Source: Amoebidium appalachense (lineage: Eukaryota; Protista; Ichthyosporea). Taken from it: a DNA stretch of 64,000 nucleotides. This document shows positions 55,100 through 64,000 of this stretch, one piece after another. Every line of letters starts with the position of its first letter. Within the stretch, counting starts at the first letter, position 1. The position numbers and the translations under genes are program-made. Under the pieces are notes generated by a model. The model was not told the origin of the DNA. It saw only the letters and a program-made list of their open reading frames with translations, and did not search any database. The stretch lies in the NCBI GenBank assembly GCA_963693365.1, contig CAVNZM010000009.1:9623076-9687075 (forward strand). Direction: 5' to 3'.

Positions 55100-56103
55100 C
55101 TGCTTCGAGCCACCACTACCCTGCAGGAATGCCAGGCCCTGAGTCTCAACCTCGACTCTCGGGCCTTTTACTCCCCGGGTGCAGAAAGTGTTCATCGATT
55201 TCTGTGTGGCATCTCGGCTGCAATCCCCCTCCGGGTCCTCCCTCCCGGCCTCCCCACACACCGTGCAACTTTTTCTCGCCTGGTGTGCCCAACGAGGGGT
55301 ACAGGCCTCTTCCTTAACCGGCTACAATTCGGCCATCACCAGGCTCCACCTCGACATGGGCCTCCCTGCTCCCTACCCCCACGACAAGTCTCTGGCCTGG
55401 TTCCTACGGGGGGTGGGCAGATGGCAGCTTTCTCACAACATCCGACCCCGCTCATCAACCAGGGAACCCCTCCTGCCCTCCCACCTCAGCCTACTTCATG
55501 GCCAGTGCCCCACAAAGGCCTCCTCGGCCAATCTCCGGCTATGGAAGCCCTCATCGTCGGTTTCTGTGGTCTCCTCCGTTCAGGGGAATTTACCTCCAAG
55601 ACCCTGACTTCTTTCAACCCGTCCCGTCACGTTAAACGGAAAGACGTGACCTTCACCTACACCCCCACCGGTACTTTGTCCCATGCCACCCTCCACCTGC
55701 CAACCTCTAAGACGGATGTACAGGCCCGAGGTGTCAACGTCACTCTAGCTGCCCTGCCCCTCACCCATTTCTCCCCAGCCCATCTCCTCCGGCAGTTCCT
55801 GCATACAACGTCCGGTCAACCCGACGACCCCCTCTTCAGTCTCGGTGGCATCCCCTACACCAAGAGTGCTTTCTCTGCCGACTTCCGTGCCCCTCCTCTC
55901 CCGGGCAGGCCTCTCACCCTCCCGGTTTGCCGGACACAGCCTCCGCATCGGGGGGGCCACAGCACTGGCTGAGGCCGGGGTCGACGACTCCCCCGGATCA
56001 AACAACTCGGCAGGTGGTCCTCCGACTGTTTCCTGATCTATACACGACTTCGTCCGGCCTCCATTGCTGCCACTACCACACGTGTATTCGCCTCTATTCT
56101 TAA
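55100..56103 (+). CDS. Tyrosine recombinase (three apparent 1-nt frameshifts)
   Basis: SAM-like N-domain (VQLFLAW...YNSAI...H), followed across frames by GLLRSGE, SKTD, GHSLRIGGAT and LGRWSSDCFLIYTR, a complete catalytic set. Confidence 0.88.
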
Positions 56104-57145
56104 GTGAAACCTTTGGAGCAAGCATGCTGCTCTCGTGCCGTGGTTTACAACCATTGCAGGTTCACTTTCGTCCAAGGGGATGTCCCCCTAGAGGCAACAC
56201 ACGTCCCGGAGTAGTTTTCATAGAGGTTTTATTTGTGGAAATTATTGACATAAATATTTTTCTGGGTAAACACGTAGGATGGGTGTCCGATATCAACAGG
56301 CTTTGTTTCATGTTTTAGCAGTTCGCGTTCGGCTGCCCGCATACGGGCACCTATTAGCCAATCAAAACATCAGATTCCACAGATCACTAGACCGAGTCTG
56401 ATTGGCTCAGGATAAGATTTCACATAACACTAGATCGGTTTTGATTGGCTCAGTTCGGTAGCCGTAGGTATATAAGCACGACAGTTTTTAGCAGATCAGC
56501 AGGCAACAACACATCTTCTGTGTTTAGCACCTACAGCTTTACAGCTATATTTTCTTTTCACCCACCCACCTACACCCTACACTCAACCCCCATTGATCCC
56601 CACATACGTGCTGTTTTTTCACGGGGCGAAGACTTCCCCCGTTTTTTGGGCACAAGGACCTCACGGATCAATAAATTGATGACTGGGGGCCTGCCGTGGT
56701 TTACAACCATTGCAGGTTCACTTTCGTCCAAGGGGATGTCCCCCTAGAGGCAACACACGTCCCGGAGTAGTTTTCATAGAGGCCATTAACACGATCACTG
56801 GGGCATCCACGCATATGTACACTGCAGTTGGTTATGTATTGTCACTCTTTCACTGAATAACCCTAACCCTGCCATCGTTACCTGTAGGATCTATACACCT
56901 AGACACGTGCAGGGGGGGGGGGGGGGGTCGTAGTGGGAAGGAGGGAAGACAGGGGGGTTGGGTGGGGGGGGGGGGGGGGGGGGGGGGGGGGAGGGGGGGG
57001 GGCAGACACGTACGTTTTGTAACGCTCGTTCATCTCGTTGAGTGAGTCCTTTCTTATAATGTATTTCCGTTTATATATTTGCACATAATCGCCACATTCA
57101 TTTACCGGTGGGCCATGATAAACGCATGGCCGGCTTATCATTGAT

Positions 57146-57199
<54 letters not shown>

Positions 57200-57397
57200 A
57201 CACACACACAAACACACAACACACACACACACACATACAGAGAGACACACACACATATGCACACACACGGTGCATTTCCTCCCCTCCCATTCCCTCTCCA
57301 CAGAGCACACACACACACACACGTGCACACATGCACACACACGGTGCATCCGCCCCCCCCTTCCCTCTCAACCGAGCACATACACACACACATACAT

Positions 57398-57436
<39 letters not shown>

Positions 57437-57689
57437 AAAACAAACAAAAAAGAAGAAAAAAAGGAGCGAGAGAATCCTTGTTTCTCGTATTTTACCAGCA
57501 CGTAAGCAAGTATTTTATTCATTCACAATACATTGTTAGGTATGTGTAGTATATTATGGTGGTATTATTATTTGGTTTACAATATGGTGTCCACGTTCCC
57601 AATATATCGTTATTGTCGACCAACTATGATGGTAGTATAATGCTATGATGACAATTTGTGCCGCATGATGCGTTACTTATAAGCATCGA

Positions 57690-59450
57690 GTTTTTTCAAT
57701 AACTACCCACAGAGTAGCTTCTACCATGAGAAATTCACCACAAATTATAAGGGGGGATGGTGAATGTACCCCTGGAGTACGAGGGTCACACGAAGAAAAC
57801 ACAACGTTGTAGCTCGCATAGAACCCCCCTTGTAGCATAGTATATGTCCATGTGTTACCTAGACATTATTGATTTTTTCAATAACTACCCACAGAACAGC
57901 CTCTAGCACGGGAAATTTACCAAAACGTTTATGGGGGGGATGGTGAATGTGCCCCTGCATTACGAGGGTCACACGAAAAAAACACAACGTTGTAGCTCGT
58001 ATAGAACCCCCCTTGTAGCATAGTATATGTACATATGTTACCTAGACATTATTTAAAGTTTCAATAACTACCAACAGAACAGCCTCTAGCACGAGAAATT
58101 TACCACAAAGTTTATGGGGGGGATGGTAAATGTGCCCCTGGAGTACGAGGGTTACACGAAAAAAACACAACGTTGTAGCTCGAATAGAACCCCACTTGTA
58201 GCATAGTATATGTACATGTGTTGCTTACACATCAAGTTGGTTTTTTCAATAACTACCCAGTAGAACAGCTTATAGCACGAGAAATTTACCACACAGTTTA
58301 TGGGGGGGATGGTGAATGTGCCCCTGGAGTACGAGGGTCACACGAAAAAAACACAACGTTGTAGCTAGTATAGAACCCCCCTTGTAGCATAGTATATGTC
58401 CATGTGTTACCTAGACATTTTTGGGTTTTTTCAATAACTACCAACAGAACAGCTTCTAGCACGAGATATTTACCACAACGTTTATGGGGGGGATGGTGAA
58501 TGTGCCCCTGGAGTACGAGGGTCACACGAAAAAAACACAACGTTGTAGCTAGTATAGAACCCCCCTTGTAGCATAGTATATGTCCATGTGTTACCTAGAC
58601 ATTTTTGGGTTTTTTCAATAACTACCAACAGAACAGCTTCTAGCACGAGATATTTACCACAAAGTTTATGGGGGGGATGGTGAATGTGCCCCTGGAGTAC
58701 GAGGGTCACACGAAAAAAACACAACGTTGTAGCTCGTATAGAACCCCCCTTGTAGCATAGTATATGTCCATGTGTTACCTAGACATTTTTGGTTTTTTCA
58801 ATAACTACCAACAGAACAGCCTCTAGCACGAGAAATATACCACACAGTTTATGGGGGGGAAGTTAAATGTGCCCCTGGAGTACGAGGGTCACACGAAAAA
58901 AACACAACGTTGTAGCTCGAATAGAACGCCCCTTGTAGCATAGTATATGTACATGCCAGTGTGTTGCTTACACATTATTGGTTTTTTCAATAACTACCCA
59001 CAGAACAGCTTCTAGCACGAGAAATTTACCACACAGTTTATGGGGGGGATGGGGAATGTGCCCCTGGAGTACGAGGGTCACACAAAAAAAACACAACGTT
59101 GTAGCTCGTATAGAACCCCCCTTGTAGCATAGTATATGTACATATGTTACCTAGACATTATTGGTTTTTCAATAACTACCCACAGAACAGCTTCTGGCAC
59201 GAGAAATTTACCACAAAGTTTATGGGGGGGATGGTGAGTGTGCCTCTGGAGTACGAGGGTCACCCGAAAAAAACACAACATTGTAGCCCGGATTGAAACC
59301 CCCCTTGTACCATATACATCATATATCATGCAGCATTAATATGCATGTGTTACTTTCGCGTTATTGGTTTCCTAGCACGAGATATTCAGCACACAGTTGG
59401 GGTTGTGGGGGCAGTGTACACTTACAATATCAGGGGTACGGCGCGGCAAA
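57690..59450. repeat. Satellite array, 182-189-bp unit, about 9.5 copies
   Basis: caataactac recurs at 57697, 57879, 58062, 58247, 58432, 58616, 58799, 58988 and 59170. The last unit is degenerate. Confidence 0.95.
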
Positions 59451-59730
59451 AACACCCCCCCGGGGGGGGGGGGGGGGGGGGGGGGGGGTCACGCGTGCGA
59501 TGGTGCACTAATTATTACGTCAACTAGGCAGGGTATAGCATCAACGTTATTATATGTGCTGCTGAGTTTCTTTGGTTGTACACCCGTCACCAGTCAATTT
59601 ATTGGTGTTGACGCCCACCTATGACACCACCTCGGAAGACTGGGGTCACAAGTGGTGCACACGGTGGGTAAATATCATCAAACTGTAGCTGCAAAAGAAT
59701 GTGCAATTATGCATGTCTGGTATTTGTCTA

Positions 59731-59773
<43 letters not shown>

Positions 59774-60288
59774 CCCCCCCCCCCACCCACCCCAGGCCTC
59801 CACACCACACACACACGCACCGCACACACACACTGCTGCAGAGCTACATGGATGCCATCACCATCACACGTGACGACATTTAATTAGTATTGGTGATATT
59901 GTACCAATACGTAACGTATATTGGTAAGGTGGTGGTGGGTGGGGGGGGGGGGGGGGGGGGGGGGGGGTTTCAACACAACCGAAACTGTCGGTGTTACAAG
60001 TGGTTCGGTCTTAGGAAGTTAGAACGGTGATTTTTTAATTAATAGCGGGAAACAATATTATCCCCATTGCATATGGAGGGAACGAGGAGGGGGGGGGAGG
60101 GGGGGGGGGGGGGGGGGGGGGTTTCACAACGAATTCTTAATCGACTGTGCATAATAAATGTATATTGCACATGTAGCCTGAAAGATTAAAGTGAATGTGT
60201 GTATGTATATGTGCGAGTATATTTGTGTATGCAATACATGTACAAGTATTAGGGATTGGTTCTTTGCGAGTTCAAAGAGTATATGAGT

Positions 60289-60323
<35 letters not shown>

Positions 60324-60354
60324 AGTTCCGTGTAACACCATGAAAGTTCCATAT

Positions 60355-60393
<39 letters not shown>

Positions 60394-61164
60394 GATATTG
60401 GGTCCATTGTGATTTGGATCAGACAGTTTATTGGTTTTTACGATGTCAATGTTGAGACGGGGTCGTAATCACTAAGCCCATGATGGATACTGATAGTCAA
60501 CAGGTTGAAATATGTCAATGTATCGTTATTTAACATGCTTAACTTGTGTTTCCCGTACATGCAAGCTGAGCCAAGTGTATACGTTAACCAAAAATACCCT
60601 ATCATGATGAGATTTAGATAAAATTGAGAAGAAAAAAACCAAGTAGGGTATCACCTATTTTTTCTTTCCACTTGCCACTACTAGAGAGAGAGAGAAGGAA
60701 GAGGGAGAGAGAGAGAGACAGATCAGAGAAAGAGGGAAAGAGAAAGAGAGAGAGAGAAAGAGAAAGAGAAGAGAGAGAGGGAGAGAGTGAGAGAGAGAGA
60801 GAGAGAGTGTGTGTGTGTGTGTGTGTGCGTGTTTGTGAGTGAGTGTGTGTGTATGTGTGCTGTGAGCGCGCGAGCATTTATGTGTGTGTGCCGTTGTGTG
60901 TGTGCGCGACGTCCATGCGTGCACACGTGTGTGGTTTGCAAATGGGTTGTAACTCAACCGCCATATATATGATGTATGCGCACGTGTGCATATGTGTGCG
61001 TTCCTGCATGCACAGGGGGGGGGGGGGGGGGGGGGAGGAGGGGGGGCTCATTGTGTGCGGGAGAGGGGAGAGGAGTAGAGCGCACACGGTCTGGAACACA
61101 GATAAACGTTTTCGTCTTTGTAGGTGAGTGGGTGGGGTGGGGGGGGGGGGGGGGGGGGGGGGGG

Positions 61165-61315
61165 GGGATGCGCGGGGGGGGAAGAGGGAGGGGGGGAGGG
61201 GGCATCATGATCAGGGATAACAGTGTGTGTGCGTGCGTGCACTTGTGTGGGCATGTGCTGTGTGTGTTGTGTAGGTGTGCGCCTGTGTGTGTGTGCACGC
61301 CTGTGTGTGCGCGCC

Positions 61316-61347
<32 letters not shown>

Positions 61348-61383
61348 GTGCATGTGTGAGTGTGTGTGCGTGCGCTCGCGCGC

Positions 61384-61438
<55 letters not shown>

Positions 61439-61636
61439 ATGAGTGTGAGCATGAGCTGTGGGTGTGAGTGTGAGTATGGGGGGGGGGGGGGGTGCGCGGG
61501 GGGGAAGAGGGAGGGGGGGAGGGGGCATCATGATCAAGGATAACAGTGTGTGTACGTGCGTGCACTTGTGTGTGCATGTGCTGTGTGTGTTGTGTAGGTG
61601 TGCGCCTGTGTGTGTGTACGCGCCTGTGTGTGCGCG

Positions 61637-61672
<36 letters not shown>

Positions 61673-61721
61673 GTGCATGTGTGAGTGTGTGTGCGTGCGC
61701 GCGTGTGTGTGTGTGTGCGTG

Positions 61722-61767
<46 letters not shown>

Positions 61768-61810
61768 TTGAGTGTGAGCATGAGCTGTGGGTGTGAGTGT
61801 GAGTATGGGT
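61165..61810. repeat. ~325-bp tandem duplication of a G-tract/(TG)n segment
   Basis: gcgcgggggggaagaggg...ggcatcatgatca.ggataacagtg...gagcatgagctgtgggtgtgagtgtgagtatggg occurs twice. Confidence 0.85.
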
Positions 61811-61913
61811 GAGGCTGTGTGCATTCGTGCTTGTGTCAACGTACACGTGTGATTTCAAAGAAGTCGAAAGCGCCAGTGACACCCATGTTGAAAAAAAGAC
61901 AAGCAAGCACGCA

Positions 61914-61988
<75 letters not shown>

Positions 61989-62196
61989 CACCGTATCACT
62001 GAGGTACTGCCCCAGCTGATGCACGCGCGCGCGCGAGCCGAAATCTATTTTTATCTTTTCCCTAATCAGGCGCGGCGGTTACTAAACCGGTCTATAGCAA
62101 ATAGTGATTGGCTAAACCCAATCCGGTTTGCAATTTTTTGTCCGTTTAAGCCTGTACGCACGTTGTTTGCTCCATTTCTCTTCCCCCTTCCCGGAG

Positions 62197-62308
62197 GTCC
62201 GCAGGTCCTTTCCCGCAGGTCGCCTGGTCGCAGGTCCCTTCCCGCAGGTCGCCTGGTCGCAGTTCCCTTCCCGCAGGTCGCCTGGTCACAGGTCCCATCC
62301 GCAGGTCG
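62197..62308. repeat. 29-bp GC-rich minisatellite (about 3.5 copies) next to a CCAAT-containing region
   Basis: Unit cccgcaggtcgcctggtcgcaggtccctt; gattggct and cccaat lie at about 62106-62122. Confidence 0.85.
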
Positions 62309-62916
62309 CGCAGCCACCGTGCTGAATGGTTTCGACCATGCTGTAGCATCTTCGCCTAACGGCTGAAAGGCCATTTGAAGGTTAGTTTTGTGTTGCCTGC
62401 TTTTGTGCATATGGCGTTTGTCTGTCTGGTCTGTGTCCGTGCCTGTGATTATATCTGTGTCTGTGTCTGTGTCTGTGTGCGTGTGTGTGTATGTGTGTGT
62501 GTGTGCGTGCGTGTGCGTGTGTTCTGCTGGCTGCAGATGCACGTTGCCTTTTCACGTTCATGAACCAGCGACTGTGGGCACTACTTTTGCTGTTAGCACT
62601 ATAGCTATCATCCCTTCCACCAGTCGTTCAAGCTATTTTCTGCTTCTCTAGACTTCATAAGTTTGTGCTTTTGTCTTTCAGCACAACGTGTTTCACATGT
62701 TAGCATTTAGTGTTATTCATTCATTCTAACCCCCCCCCCCCCCCCCTTCCAAACACACACACACACTCACTCACTCACTTCCCCACCCACACATACAAAA
62801 AAACACACACACACCAAAAGCCCCTCCCCCCCCCCTCCCCCCCTCCCCCCTCCCCCCCCCCCCCCCCCCCCCCCCTTCCAAAAAACTGTCAAATGCCTCC
62901 ATGCCCACCAACACAG

Positions 62917-63343
62917 ATGTTCCAGGTTGCCCCTGTCAATGCCGCCGACCCCGACAAGTTGGCAGACCAGGTTAGGTACCGCAAGAAGACGTGGTAGGGG
63001 TGGTTGGTGGAGGTTCAAGTTGAGTGCAACAACCATCCCTGTGGCCGCATGTACAGCGTCGATCTGGTGACGGGCAACCCATGGGGCAACCCCGCCCTTC
63101 ACTGCATCATGTGCATGTCCCCCATCAACGGCTCCTACGTCAAGAACCGCCTCAGCAGCTTCAAGACACTAAACGTTTGTGCCCATTACCCCCCCCCCCC
63201 CCCCCCCCTCCCCCCCCCCCCACACACACACCCCGCAATCAAAGACGAAATCTTCTCATGCTGCTTTTTTTAACATGCTTATTCATGTTTAATGTTGTTG
63301 TTCTTCCTTATTGGTTCATTCTTAATGCACTGTGACCCCCCCC

Positions 63344-63376
<33 letters not shown>

Positions 63377-63841
63377 ACTCCCACTCCCTCCCTCCCACTC
63401 CCTCCCTCCCACTTCCCCCTGTTGTCCCACGTACGAATCACCAACACATAACCACACAAGACATCAAATCCTTATCACTCAGAGAAACGGTACATGCATG
63501 GTTATCCAGTATCCATTCAACTTCCCACTTCCTCAAGTCATTTCAGATTTTTCATTGTCGAATTCGGTTTTATTTGCTGCTAATGGAGAATACCCCCTTT
63601 CCTCATCACCACATACACACATGCTTACGTGTACGTACACGCAACACACACACCAACACCCACACAGGAGTTTCAAAAGGCGTTGCCCGAGCTCTTCAGC
63701 TTCATGCTCCACACATTTGAGTGCGGACTGCGGGATTCAATGGCCCACAAGTCTGCCACTCAGATTTCGTGGTCAGCTGTGAAGTATGGAGCTGACATGC
63801 CTGACTACGAGGGTGGTGCTCGGCCATCAGAGATCAGCAAG
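62917..63841 (+). CDS. Internal exons of an unknown gene with a Cys-pair (zinc-ribbon-like) segment; one in-frame TAG; runs off the window
   Basis: Phase-consistent exons at 62917-63172 (approx.), 63461-63536 and 63668-63841. ECNNHPC...HCIMC; TAG at 62995-62997. Confidence 0.5.
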
Positions 63842-63881
63842 GTAAACAACTACCCCCCCCCCCCCCCCCCGGGTCCTCCCT

Positions 63882-64000
63882 GAGGATGGGCTCTGCTTAT
63901 GACGCATACTGTGCACATGGCTGATGTTGCATACTTGAATGTTTGCCTTTGCATGTGTCCTGCACCATGCTTCTCATCGTGTATGCGTATTTCGTACCGT
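63882..64000 (+). repeat. Dispersed ~117-bp intronic element, copy 2
   Basis: Homologous to 35311-35427. Confidence 0.8.

Larger units (their letters stand above)
51357..56782 (+). mobile_element. Full-length tyrosine-recombinase retrotransposon with split direct repeats (Ngaro/PAT type of the DIRS order)
   Basis: Layout: A1 51357-51699, gag, RT/RNase H, YR, B1 56136-56226, A2 56220-56561, unique spacer, B2 56692-56782. The repeat pairs are near-identical. No methyltransferase domain follows RNase H. Confidence 0.95.

Noticed and set aside
48281-56803. Large DNA element with CCCCA...TGGGG termini containing the 147-bp satellite
   Set aside because: Only 5 bp of inverted match, no TSD, and the interrupted Copia does not resume after 56803.
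56857-56870. Telomere-like taaccctaaccct
   Set aside because: Only two units, which is compatible with chance.
48706-59450. CRISPR-like interpretation of the two arrays
   Set aside because: Whole units repeat with no unique spacers, no cas genes are present, and the context is eukaryotic.
61845-61886. MGVTGAFDFF on the minus strand resembling an XPG/PIN nuclease N-terminus
   Set aside because: It is too short, and no downstream exons with nuclease motifs were found.

Overview
Eukaryotic, intron-rich and transposon-dense DNA, probably heterochromatic. Exons are GC3-rich; introns are packed with poly-G/poly-C and (GT)n/(CA)n tracts. The organism cannot be determined from the window. Most ORF-track entries are low-complexity artefacts, so the real genes below were spliced by hand. 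(1) 802-9128 (-): 8-exon, 5'-truncated gene with a ParB/Srx-like C-terminal segment and a beta-class N6-A/N4-C DNA methyltransferase-like domain with atypical motifs. (2) Truncated Copia element (about 9190-13291) with a nested solo LTR. (3) 16887-19690 (+): 5-exon gene for a virus/phage-type BRO-N domain protein. (4) 24119-31965 (+): intact 6-exon, 1535-aa DDE transposase (Dada/Mutator-like) with an inserted DEDDy 3'-5' exonuclease. (5) Decayed zf-4CXXC_R1-like exons followed by a twin-AP2 exon. (6) SANT-domain gene with LTRs of a second Copia family; that family has four LTR copies here, one attached to an integrase-deleted internal region. (7) Exact 147-bp satellite, a complete split-direct-repeat tyrosine-recombinase retrotransposon (Ngaro/PAT type), and a ~184-bp satellite. 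The best candidate for an undescribed system is the set of intron-bearing, prokaryote/virus-type DNA-modifying and DNA-binding genes (ParB-MTase, BRO-N, twin AP2) lying among chromatin-reader fragments. All domain calls come from motif recognition by eye, with no database search.
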